A program made the translations under genes and the position numbers. From assembly GCA_000004985.1 (NCBI GenBank), contig GG738919.1: a DNA stretch of 64,000 bases. One strand, given 5' to 3'. Below the pieces are notes generated by a model. The model worked only from the letters and a program-made list of their open reading frames with translations. It was not told the DNA's origin and searched no databases. This DNA is from Naegleria gruberi (lineage: Eukaryota). Shown piece after piece: positions 33,472-44,874 of the stretch. Position 1 is the first letter of the stretch; each line of letters starts with the position of its first letter.

Positions 33472-35405
33472 TTAAATTGGAACAATTAATCCAATAAGGA
33501 CAGCTGCAATAGCTCCCACAAATACAACCAATGGATGCCAGAAATCAATCCAATTTACCAATGCAAATCCTAATATTGAAACAGCAGCTAGAGGAACACT
33601 GAGTCCAACAACAGAAATCCACAAAATTACAATATTGTTAATTAAATAGCCAACACAAACAGCATTAATTCCATTCATAGCTTTTTGTACGATTGGCTTA
33701 CTTCTTAAAGATCCCCACAGTGGCACTATTCCCAAAATGAGTAGAAAACCTGGAGCATGGAATGAAATACCAGCAATCATACTATAGATAATGACAATAA
33801 TGAATTTGGTAAATGGTGAAACGGATGATTCTTCTACTGAGCTATTGAGAGTCTCATTATTTGAAAATCCAATAAAATTATTGTTAGAAATTTCATCAAA
33901 ACTAATTGTAGAGTTGGTAACATCCTTGTAGAGTGAACTGGTATAGTTAGAATTTAAAAGATTACCAGCAACAACTGAACCAAAATAAAAACCCAAATTG
34001 AATCGAGGTCCAGGAGCTGCATTTGTGAGAGAGTAGCCATTAATAAATTGTTCAGGTGTTATCCAACCTCTTTCAATCATTTCATCTCGAATGATGACCA
34101 CATTGACAACAGCTCCATTAAAAATCAATGAACCTGACTTGAAAAAGAATGATGACATGATAATCCACTCTGTCCATAAATTAATCTTTCTCTTTTCTAC
34201 TTGATTCGAGAGTTTAACAGTTGGAGAGGTTGATTCCACAATCAGAGCTGCTCCAATAAGACAACCAAGAAGGATAAAAAAGAGAATGAACAAGAATACG
34301 CCAAGTTTGATTGAGGCCATTTTGGCGAATGGATTCGCATCAATTTCAGCAGGTTCCTCTTCTTTCCTCTCTTCTAATAATTCAATTTCTCTCATTTGCC
34401 TTGCATATTTTGGAATAAATGATTGGAAGAATAGTTTGAAAAATGTGAGTTTTTGTCTAAACTTCAAATCTCCATAACTTTTAGCTCCAATTTTCTCAAA
34501 TAATCCAAATTCCTCAATTCTCTTCTTTGATCGATCTCTCACTTCACAATAAAGTATCGATAAAATAGCTCCAATTACTAAAAGTACAGGCAAGAGCCAT
34601 GTCTTTCTATAGAGTAAGGTTACCATAGCAACAATGGTCAATAAAATATAGGGAAACATTTCAGGTTTCTTCTCCTTCTTGGGTTGCCCTTTCTTTTTCT
34701 TTTCATTATCTAACATACTTGAGAATCTGGACATGGATTGCAAAGCAAATGCAATGCCAGAACATGCCAATCCTTTCTGGGCATGAATAAACCATTGAGG
34801 AGCAGTTGAGCTATCATAATCATACATTGATAGACCCAAAACCAAGCAAACAATAAATCCAGGTATAGAAAAGAATAGGTATGATAATATTCCTCCACTA
34901 AATCCATATTTTGGCATTGCTATTTTTCACAATCAATTATCATAATTTTCCACACAATTTTCAATCTTATTTACACACATTTAACATTCAAACTTACCAA
35001 GTGCCATGGCAATTTGACTTGGCTTAGGACCAGGAACAATGTGACTCATCATGTAAACTTCCATAAACTCATTCTCAGTCAACCATTTAGCTTTATCACA
35101 AAATCTTGCCATTAACTGAACAACCCCTCCTCTAAACGATGTTCCTCCCACAATCGACATGTTATAAGCAACATCCCACAACATGTACAAGAATTGTCTT
35201 TTCGAATTATTCCCTTCAACAATAGGAGCAATTATTTCATGATGATCCAAATCGTCTTCCGAATAATCATGATGATTGGAAATTAATTTTTCTTCGTGAT
35301 GATTCAATTCTTCTCTTCTTCATGATGATGATGATGATTTAATACTTCTTCTTCAGCTATTTGATTTTTATCTTCACCATCCGTGAGGGTTTCATCTTGT
35401 TTCAT
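33472..35405 (-). CDS. chrA: Chromate ion transporter (CHR/ChrA family)-like membrane protein, 2 exons (34998..35307+ and 33472..34919; intron 34920..34997). The His-rich N-terminal leader shows an apparent frameshift near 35300-35320.
   Basis: The first half has the motif …SIVGGTSFRGGVVQLMARFCDKAKWLTENEFMEVYMMSHIVPGPKPSQIAMALG. It joins across G|GTAAGT…AAAAATAG| to a multi-TM second half. An ATG at 35403-05 after an A-run opens MKQDETLTDGEDKNQIAEEEVLNHHHHHEEEKN* in another frame. The shift falls within a CAT-repeat region. Confidence 0.65.
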
Positions 35406-35615
35406 TTTTTTTTGATTTTATCAATTGATTGAATGTAATGGCGGGATTTTTAATATTAAATAGTCCGAGTTGATTTCAATATTCACCGATAAAGTGCACA
35501 CCCCATGCATGTCATTTTCTGCATTTCTGGGTAATTCATCGGGCAAAGGATGATTCGATTGGATTCGAAAATTAAAACTTTCCTTAATCTTTAAGATGCT
35601 TAATTCTTCTTGAAT

Positions 35616-37052
35616 TTATTGTAATTTATACGATTCTAGGCCAAGATTTGCATTTTCAACCATGCTATAAACTCTGCCATTATCAGCAGTGATAATATTG
35701 GCATATCCAAAGTTCCACTTTGATGGCACAACCTTCTCGACCTTTCCTTTACTAATATCAAAAACACTGTAGCTTCCATTGGTGTAATAGACAAGTTTTG
35801 AGTTGTCCTTTGCAATGCTTGCTCTTGGGACTTCGTAACTGGTATTCAAATCAGTTCCAAAGAAGGCAAATGGTTTGGAGATTTTGACACTTGTGTCACT
35901 ACTCACATGAACTAGAGTTGTGTAAATGTGAATAGCTCTACTGGTGGTTCTGGCCTCACTTGAAAAGACAACTGTTTTGAAAACGTAGGAGGACAATAAG
36001 GAATGATCTAAATAAGTGAGAGAAACCATAAATCCCACCCCAACAATTCCAAAATGTGGAACAGAGTTGTAATTTCCAGAATCAACGTGCATGACACCAA
36101 AATGAGTTGGATTAGAAAATGAAAATGATAAAAATCCATCCACTCCCATATGATTAATTGAGGAAAGGAAATATGTTCCAATACTAACAGAATTAATGAC
36201 TTTTCCAGAAGAAACTGAAATCTTCATAATGTAATGCATCAATGACACGTAAATAAAATCTTGATCCTTCTCCCTGGCCATCAACATTTGACTAGCTCCA
36301 TATGGTTCCTCAGGAGTTGTGATATTCCATTTGACATTTTTTGGATTATCCAAATCAATGCAACTCAACCATTTGGATGCCAAGAAAACAAGACAATTAT
36401 TCTCCTCTGAAATTATGGAACTAACTTGTTGATAGGAAGGTGTTAAAGGAGTAATGGAAAATGAGGTCCAATCATTGGTGTTAATTTTGAGTAAACTAGT
36501 GCCAGAACGATTCAAATTATCATACACTGGAACATAGAGCATTCCCTTGGAATCGAGAAGTAAATTATTCTCCATTGAGTATCTCTGTTCTAATTGGAAA
36601 GGTGTTTTTTCTGCCTTTCCACTTTTTACATCAATCAAATAAAATCCAACCAAGTAAATGATTTGTACATTTGGTTTGGAATAAACTTGTCCCACTGGCA
36701 TGATCAATTTCTGTAAACCAGTGTGAAAGATAACCGAATTGTAAGAGTAGGAATTATCATGAAGGAATGGAACGGAAAGATTGGTGGCAAAATCAGAATG
36801 ATCCACCAAGTAAGGAACACGTCTCGTATGCATGGAATCGAAACCAATTTGTGGCCATGCTGTTGTTGCGTTGGTGGTGGTGGCGGCCAATTTTGTGATT
36901 TTCCACAATTTGGAATTGAGCTTTCCTTTGCCAGCAGAAATACCGAGACATGTCGATGCATTCATCATCATCAACATGATCAGGAGTACAGCACCAATCA
37001 ATACAAGATTGATCGATCTGAGCGAGGTGAAGACTCGATCTGTATTTAACAT
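35616..37052 (-). CDS. Hypothetical secreted/type-II membrane protein with a beta-rich (propeller-like) ectodomain
   Basis: There is an N-terminal signal anchor (LVLIGAVLLIMLMMM), many N-glycosylation sequons and repetitive beta-strand-like segments. I recognise no specific family. The ATG follows an A-run. Confidence 0.4.
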   Translation of the reverse strand: MLNTDRVFTSLRSINLVLIGAVLLIMLMMMNASTCLGISAGKGKLNSKLWKITKLAATTTNATTAWPQIGFDSMHTRRVPYLVDHSDFATNLSVPFLHDNSYSYNSVIFHTGLQKLIMPVGQVYSKPNVQIIYLVGFYLIDVKSGKAEKTPFQLEQRYSMENNLLLDSKGMLYVPVYDNLNRSGTSLLKINTNDWTSFSITPLTPSYQQVSSIISEENNCLVFLASKWLSCIDLDNPKNVKWNITTPEEPYGASQMLMAREKDQDFIYVSLMHYIMKISVSSGKVINSVSIGTYFLSSINHMGVDGFLSFSFSNPTHFGVMHVDSGNYNSVPHFGIVGVGFMVSLTYLDHSLLSSYVFKTVVFSSEARTTSRAIHIYTTLVHVSSDTSVKISKPFAFFGTDLNTSYEVPRASIAKDNSKLVYYTNGSYSVFDISKGKVEKVVPSKWNFGYANIITADNGRVYSMVENANLGLESYKLQ

Positions 37053-37544
37053 TTTTTTTTTGTGAAGTGTGTTGGAAAAAGGAGCTCCTGTAACAAGGAG
37101 TTTGTTAGTGTTGGGAATGTGGAGAAATAAATAATGATGGTTCGTTACTTTTCTCCCATTCCAATTAGTTTCTGCGGCGCTTAATTTTCCTTAGCACACT
37201 ATACGGTATGTTTGAAGTTTCAATTGAGTAGGAGAATTTTGTTTGAAATCTCTTTTGGTTTGTTGATCTTGTAATTGTTGAAAATCATTGTTTAAGAGAT
37301 TACGGAACATTGTTGAAATGTTACAATGGAGATTCCAATGTAATTAAACTTTGAACAAATAGCAAATAAAGGATCCACATCTTGAAATCAATTAAACAAA
37401 GTTTTTCTTCATTTTCGCTCATCATATACATTTCTTGAGAAAGATTACACTTCGGTAACATCCTCTCCTAATGAAAATTGAGAATTACGTTGAATGGATT
37501 CTAAAATAAGGAACTTTCGGAAATTCGAATAAAAATTAAAAAAA

Positions 37545-38528
37545 ATGTCTCAAGATGATTCTTCTTCCCTCTCTCAAGTAGTAGTAAATTTGCAAGATTT
37601 TATCATGAAAGAGAATAATGATTTTTCTCTGTTAGATTCTTGGTTGAAAACTAAATTCCGATCCTCATCAAGTGTTCCATTCTCTCTCCGAATGAATAGC
37701 CTTCCACCCATCATCGTTAAAAACATAGATGATGAAAGAGGGGAATCTTGCTATGATGTTGTAATTTCATATGAACATAATTATATTATTATGGGCGGAA
37801 TGAATAGTATTCATGTTTTTGATTATACCACAAAGAAACATGTAAAGTCAATCAAGCTTGATGTTGAAGTGCATGAAATGGAGATTGACAAAAATGGGTT
37901 GAATTTGTACTTGACTGGGTTGTGGGAAACTAATTATGCTTACAGAGTTGCAAAATATGATCTAGTAAAGCTCTTGAATGGTGAGGAGGGAAGTTGTTTG
38001 TGGGTTTGTGCTGAGAATTTGTTACAGAATTTGTGGGGAATCGGATTATTTGAATGTCAAGACGAAACATTTGTTTATGTGATGGATTATGGAAGTGGAT
38101 TAATGGTTTTTGATTCCAGAACTGGTCAGAGAGTTCATCACAAAGTACCAACAGTTGCTAATGGATACGGTGTAGCTTTTACTCCTGAAAATGAAATGAT
38201 TATCACATCAGCTCACCCACATGCTAGTCCTGTTGAAATTTACACATTTGATGAGAAGAAGGAACAGTGGAATCTGAAAAAAAATTGTTTACGAATTGAG
38301 AGTGATTCCACGCCATACGGAGTGTTTTATGAAGTGCCAACCCAAAGAATTTACGTTACTGATACTGTAGGAAAGTCAATCACAGTGTTTGATATGCACA
38401 CTCTGACAAGAGTATTCCGTCACGAATTTCCCTCAAATATGCCTCAATATTATGGTATTATGATAGATAGGAAAACAGGAATTCTGTATTTACCAGATGT
38501 TACTGGACAATTGCTATGCTTTGATTAA
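37545..38528 (+). CDS. NHL/YVTN-type beta-propeller repeat protein
   Basis: Repeated motifs such as …IYVTDTVGKSITVFD…, …YVMDYGSGLMVFDS… and …ILYLPDVTGQLLCFD are typical of NHL-like six-bladed propellers. Confidence 0.4.
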   Translation: MSQDDSSSLSQVVVNLQDFIMKENNDFSLLDSWLKTKFRSSSSVPFSLRMNSLPPIIVKNIDDERGESCYDVVISYEHNYIIMGGMNSIHVFDYTTKKHVKSIKLDVEVHEMEIDKNGLNLYLTGLWETNYAYRVAKYDLVKLLNGEEGSCLWVCAENLLQNLWGIGLFECQDETFVYVMDYGSGLMVFDSRTGQRVHHKVPTVANGYGVAFTPENEMIITSAHPHASPVEIYTFDEKKEQWNLKKNCLRIESDSTPYGVFYEVPTQRIYVTDTVGKSITVFDMHTLTRVFRHEFPSNMPQYYGIMIDRKTGILYLPDVTGQLLCFD

Positions 38529-38886
38529 TACCAAGTACTTGAAGACGAGCAGTACAAGAACCTAAACGTGATTCGAATAGTACATTATTGTAAAAAATCA
38601 TGGCCGAAGAGCATCAGTTGAAAACAATACAAATATTGGTTTTATGAAAAGTTCAATTTTGATGCCATAATAATTGGGAAGATAAGGAACAAAAATTGTT
38701 CTAAATCTAATTGGTGATTGATATTGGTTGCGAATTGGAGGGAATTGTAAAAAGTATTTCCATTCTTGGAAACGTAACGTAAAAGGAAGCAAATATTTAT
38801 TCAACTTTCATTACATTTAGATTATAGGATTAAAACAAATATATGATCTTGATGATTCTCGATAGAAGAGCATAAAAAATAGACGA

Positions 38887-41479
38887 ATGAACCCCTCCAA
38901 TATCATTCAGAGTCGAAACATTCTTTGTAAAGTCATTTATGACTTTGATGCGAAAGATAAGCAGGAAATGAGTGTCAAGGCAGGTGATGTTGTAGAGGTG
39001 GTGAAACGATACAAAGACGGTTGGAGCTGGTGTTATTTGAAAAGTCGATCAACCGGAACCTTTCCAACAGATTCGCCCTATGGAATGATTCCAACTGCTT
39101 ACCTGACAGAAATTGAAGATTCGCCAGAAGCAACCTCCTCCATAGAACCAACTTCTACTTCTCAATCATTTACAGATTCGAGTAAGAATAATAACTTGGA
39201 ATTGACCACAAGTTTCGTCATTTCCAAAAATATTCATGCCAATGCAGAACCAAAGCAAACTCACATTTTTCAAGACGAAGACTTTAACCAAGTAATGACT
39301 GAACAGAGTGATAACCTCTCTGTGGCAAGTTATAGAACTGATTGTACTGATCTTTCAATTGGAGGAGAACGAAGGTCGAAAAAGAAGGAACTCTTATCCA
39401 AGATTGGATCCTTCTTTAGAAAATCAAAGAAGAATGAGAATTCTAGTGTAGAAACTCCTAAAACTCCAAGATTTATCATCAAACATGAAAGTTTTAAAAC
39501 TTCAAGTTCAATAATTACTGAGGAGAAGATTGAAAAGGTTGAGAAGATTGAAAAGACGAAAATTTCCAATGTTATTAATCCAACGTTTCCAATTGATGTG
39601 TTGAATGATGTCAAGAAGAAGGTTATTACCAAAACAGAAACAACCAAACGAGAATCCATCTCATTCAATTTATTCTCCAGACAAAAGAGGAGTAAAAGAC
39701 ATAATCACCATCAAGCAACTGCCACTGATCATATGCAATTTATTGCTGAAAAATTAAAGCATCTCCATAGAAGAAAAGCAATGCAACACTATTTGAAAAC
39801 TGAAACTCGTTTCAAAAAGGCAAAGAAGAGACTCGAGTTGATTAAGGAAACAATAGATACCGAGAGAACCTATGTGAATTTGTTGAAAGCTTTCATTGAC
39901 ATTTTCTATTATCCTATCGTGAATGATTCTGGTCATGGAAAGGGAATTTTGAAGAAGGAAGTTTACAACACTCTATTTAGTAATATTGAACAAATTTACA
40001 AAATTAATAATACCTTACTCCATGATTGGGAGAATGAATATAATACGAATTATCCATTTGTGAATATTGGAAAGGCATTCTCTCAAATTTCTCCCTTCCT
40101 AAAAGCTTACACCATCTATATCAACAACTTTGATAAGGCACAAGAAATGTTTGAAAAGCTCAGAGAAAAAGACAAGAGATTTAAGGAATATCTCACTGAA
40201 TGTTACAAGAACAAGTTGGTAAAGGGAACTCTATTGGGTGGTTTTCTCATTTTACCAGTTCAAAGGTTTGTTTTCAATTTTTAATAATGATTGTTGTTTA
40301 ACATTTAAAAGAATTCCGAGATATAAACTTTTAATTCAAGAAATGCTCAAGAATACGCCACCAACTCATCACGAATATGAAATCTTGCAGAAATGTGCCA
40401 AAGAAATTGAATCCATTGCAGCTTTTGTCAATGATGAGAAGAGAAATGTGGAACAGAACCAGACTGTATTTGAAGTTCAAAACATGGTTCAGAAACAATA
40501 TCCACAATTTGTCCAACCCAATAGAAAATTCATCAAGAAGGGATCCATGAAAATTAAGATTACCATTCACAGAATTGAGGAACAATTGGACAATAGAAGA
40601 GGTGCCACTTCAAGCAATCACTCCTCTTTGAATTCTACACAAGATTCAAATCTCAGTTGTCTAATGACATGTAGAGAGGCCAAATTCGATGTCTACCTCT
40701 TCACAGATGTATTGGTCCTCATTGAAATGGAAAAGAACAAATCCATGATTCTGACCGATGAAAAAGTTCATTTTGTCTTTTTACAATTTGTTGATTGTAG
40801 AGATTTTGTTAGAATTTCACAAAATGGAAGATCAAGAAATTTTATCGAATCACCAGATTCACTCCTTTCCAATCACAATTCCAAGCGAAGTAGCTTACAA
40901 TGGGATGATAATATTTTCAAGAGAATTGAACATGAAGATTTCTCCTTTGTGATTGAAGCTCTTTTCAAGGGAGTAAAGACTGAATATTCATTCATGACCT
41001 CAAATCTGAATGAGAAGAAGGCGTGGATGAAGAGTATTCGTGATTGTTTGGAAGGACTCTCAAGAGGCAATATTTCGAAAGGAATCGAACAAGACATTTA
41101 TCTTATTGGAAAGGAGAGAATTTCACTCAACAAGATTGCAAAATGCAAATTGGAAGAACATCAATCCTTAGAAAAGGGCTGCCTCCTAAAAGTTTCCTAT
41201 CTCACTCAATTGGAACAACACTTGAACAAGAAGAAACAACAACTCACCAAATTACAGAAAGAAATTGAAATTTACAATCTCGATCGAGATCAAGTCATGC
41301 TCGAAGCCAAAACTCTCCAGGAAAAGAAGAGCAAGATTCGTGAGGATTTGAAATTCTACTATCTCTCCATCCAAGAACGAGATCAAACCATGATGAAACT
41401 CTTGAATGAGGATCAATCTTTCAAATTAATTTTTGATGATGTCCCAACAGTTGATTCAGAAACTGTTTACAAAATGTAA
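38887..41479 (+). CDS. Rho guanine nucleotide exchange factor (SH3-DH-PH architecture), 2 exons: 38887..40265 and 40312..41479
   Basis: There is an N-terminal SH3 (ILCKVIYDFDAKDKQEMSVKAGDVVEVV…WSWCYL). The DH domain is split by a 46-nt intron (CAAAG|GTTTGT…TTAAAAG|) that joins …LILPVQR|IPRYKLLIQEMLKNT in frame. A PH-like region and a C-terminal coiled coil follow. Confidence 0.8.
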
Positions 41480-41611
41480 CAACCAATAAAAGATGCATCA
41501 AAAAATAAATCCCAATTCAATTTTTTTCCCTTACTCTGTTTTGTAATGTCCAAATAAGGATGGTTTCAAAAACATATTGGTGGACAAATTGGAATAATCA
41601 TTACAAAAAAA

Positions 41612-42697
41612 ATGCCGATAAAGCCAATGCAGAGAAACACCATCAGTAGCACCTCCAATCTGTTGAAAGATATGATCAGGAAGCAATTGGTGCAAGCCAT
41701 GATTCCGACTTGCAATGTTTCATCCTCATCAACTTCATCAAATTTAATATCAAACTCTGATTCATCAATAATTGTGGATCAACCCAATGTATTAAAAACA
41801 ACATTGTATTCCTTTCCGCCATCTACTTGTTCATGGAGAGTGAGAGCTGCCTTGTATCATCATCTTCCTCTGATATCGAAATTTATTTCCTGTTCATGTT
41901 GTTGTACAACAACAAATTCTCAATCAATATCAATAAGTAGTAAGAATAATAATACAATGATGATGAATAATGCAACAATGAAGAGTAATGATCATGATAG
42001 TACTGAGAAGAGAGTTTCCGACTATGAAAAGTACATTAAAAATCAAACTGTGAATGTTGATTTGTTTAGTAAGATGAATGAAAAGAATGAGTATGGACAA
42101 GTGAATCCAATGAAGCAAGTTCCTGCATTGGAATTCAAGTCGAGTAATAACTTGAGAATATTATTGACTCAATCGTTGCCAATTATTGAATTTCTTGATA
42201 ATATGGCAGAGTTGATTGTTGAGGAGGAAAGGAGTATAATTGGACAGACTTTGCATCCGGATTATCACTATCTTATTCCAAAGAATGATTTGTATCTGAA
42301 ATATAAGACTAATCAGTTGGCTGAAATTGTAAACTCTGGTATTCAACCGTATCAAAATATTAGATTATTAAGGAAAATTCCTAAAGAGGTCAGAGGAGAA
42401 GACAACAAATTATGGGTTGGTGAATGGCAAAGAAAGGGAATGAATCAGATTGAAGAGCTCATTTCAGAAGATTACAAAGATCATTCTGTTACAGAATTAA
42501 CACAATTAGCCACTCAACAGCCACTATACTTTGTCAGAGATTATAACAAATTATCAATGGCAGATTTATTCCTAGTTCCGTCAATTGAAGCAGCCATCAA
42601 TAGAAGTGATATCAATATGGAGAAGGAATTCCCTTACTCTTTTGCAATTTATAATAGTTTAAAGGATTTGGACATTTTCAATCAAACAAGAAATTAA
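41612..42697 (+). CDS. GSTZ: Glutathione S-transferase zeta / maleylacetoacetate isomerase-like, with a low-complexity insertion
   Basis: LYSFPPSTCSWRVRAALY (zeta-class SSCSWRVRIAL motif), VNPMKQVPALEF…LTQSLPIIEFLDN and …ADLFLVPSIEAAINR. An insert of about 70 aa rich in C/S/T/N/M follows the first motif. Confidence 0.7.
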   Translation: MPIKPMQRNTISSTSNLLKDMIRKQLVQAMIPTCNVSSSSTSSNLISNSDSSIIVDQPNVLKTTLYSFPPSTCSWRVRAALYHHLPLISKFISCSCCCTTTNSQSISISSKNNNTMMMNNATMKSNDHDSTEKRVSDYEKYIKNQTVNVDLFSKMNEKNEYGQVNPMKQVPALEFKSSNNLRILLTQSLPIIEFLDNMAELIVEEERSIIGQTLHPDYHYLIPKNDLYLKYKTNQLAEIVNSGIQPYQNIRLLRKIPKEVRGEDNKLWVGEWQRKGMNQIEELISEDYKDHSVTELTQLATQQPLYFVRDYNKLSMADLFLVPSIEAAINRSDINMEKEFPYSFAIYNSLKDLDIFNQTRN

Positions 42698-42724
42698 TTT
42701 AATTTTTTTTACATTTATTGTGTT

Positions 42725-44242
42725 TTAATCCAATCCATATTCTATTTTAATACGATTCACTATATCGATAAGTGAACGCAAAGATTTCTTTCTGTCATAA
42801 TTATTCAACAACTTCTTGACATGAGTATCATACATCTTTACAAGAGCCATTTTAACATCCTTATCACTTCCAAAGTATTTTTCCCTAGAAGTTTGGAATG
42901 TTTCGGCTGCAGCAATTGCAGAAATTGTCTCAAAACATCTAATAATTTCATGTTCTCCCATGTGAGAGACGGTCTTTTCGAGGAATTGAATGAGTTTTGG
43001 AAGTAATTTTCTTTCAATGGTCAAGTTTGAAATCTTGGATTCATCTAACTTTTCAATATGGACAAAGAGAGAACGAAGATAATCAATAACCAAGTACTCT
43101 GTTGTTTTGTATACATCATCACCAAGCTTTAACTTGTTATCCAAAAATGTCTTTGTATTCATATTCTTATTAATCAAGTCCAAAGTTTGGTACATGTCAA
43201 GTGTTTGAAGTGATTCTAGGGAATGGAATGAATACATCATCAAGACTGCAAGGTTCATTTCAAATTTGTTCATTTTGTTTGTAAGCTCTGTTTCATCCTT
43301 AATGTCTGAAGTTGTCAAGACTTCTTGCATTGTCTTTTGTCCTCCAGTAATCTTTGCTTGTTCATCCTTAAATTCGTCCAGAATTCTGAGGAGCATATTC
43401 AATTTTCCTTCCTCAACAATAAATCTAATGCAATATTCATCACGATCCCAAAGAGTCTGATCTCCAGAAAAACTTGTTGTTATAGCTTGTTGCTTGTGAT
43501 TTACAGAAGAATGAGTAGATGATGAAATTATTGATGATCCTGAGGTGGATGGACGGCTTGGTGAAGTTGGAGGCTTTTTCTGTGTGTTTGAGAATGTAGA
43601 GCCGTGTAATGTACTGGATCCAAATTGAATATTAGACTTTTTCTTTCTAGGATTATTAATTAGAGAGGCAGTACCTGGTCTTACTGTTGTTGTCTTTGGT
43701 ACTGGCTGTTCTTCATCAATATCATCTAAACTTGTATTGGTGGCTGAGGTAGCTCCTGAAGAAGTGGTTGCTTGAGTGCTGCTGTGGTCATTTCCTTGTT
43801 CATCGTTAACAGCAATAGAGGAGGTTTCCGAGTGTTTATCTTCTTCAATCTTTTTAGATTCATCCTTATTCAATTTAGCAGTGATGGCTTCAAAATTTAA
43901 ATCCTCTCTTTCCATCAATACTACTTTGGTAATCTTTTCTATTAAATCACATGATACAACCCATTCTATATTAAATTGTTATTTGAAATATATTATTGTG
44001 TTATTGATGCGAGAGTGTATATTATTTGACCATCAAATTAAAATTCAATACAACAACAAATTAAAAGAAATATATATAGTCTCAAAATCATTCAAAATCT
44101 TACCTTTCGAAAACAAAGAAGGGTGCTTCATGTCCTTAATTTCCTTACGAACATCCTCTGCAATTTTCTTAGAGACTGCATCCAAAGAATTTGCCTCCGA
44201 GCCGGATTGATAGTGCTTTTGTCTGCGAGCGCCAAAAAACAT
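42725..44242 (-). CDS. Hypothetical protein, 2 exons (44104..44242 and 42725..43938; intron 43939..44103): Ser/Thr-rich N-terminal region followed by an alpha-helical domain
   Basis: Exon 1 is MFFGARRQKHYQSGSEANSLDAVSKKIAEDVRKEIKDMKHPSLFSK. It joins through G|GTAAGA…TTTAATAG| in frame to …EKITKVVLMEREDLNF…. The ATG follows an A-run. I recognise no domain. Confidence 0.4.
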
Positions 44243-44874
44243 TTTTTCAAACTTGGTTTTTTTATATATTATTACGACTCCTATCGAGATGGTCTTTTTT
44301 CAAGTTATACCCTTAATTGTTGTCGTTGTGATAGACAAGGAGTCGATAGTTTGTTTTGTTTTTACTATGTATGATCTGTATACAACACTTAGCTATTGTA
44401 TCAAAGTGCTGTTATTGTTGTTGCTTTATTTATAAAATTTTATCGTAACGAGGAATGCAAGGGAAAAGTGCCTTCGCTTCTCTCACTTCAATAAAGTTGT
44501 AAAAAAATTGGCGGCAAAATCAATCTAGAGAAATCGAGACGAAAAGAGGAAGCACCATTTATAGTGGTGTGTTATGGATATTGGGTTTAAATTCAATGTT
44601 TATTATTCATGATGGGGTCAATTGTTTAAATTGTTTGATATTTGAAATAAGTATTGCAACACTCGCCTTCACATTTCCACAGTATTTCAAACATGAAAAG
44701 TCAATTTTAATTTTTAACCATTACTATTATGCAAATTACTTCATTATATAATTTAATTTTATTACTAAAACAGACAAATGATTTATTCTCATAAATATAT
44801 TAATTATTATAATACTTACTTCTCACTTTGAAAAATTGAAAAACAAATTCAAATAATTCTTGAAGAAAAAAAAA

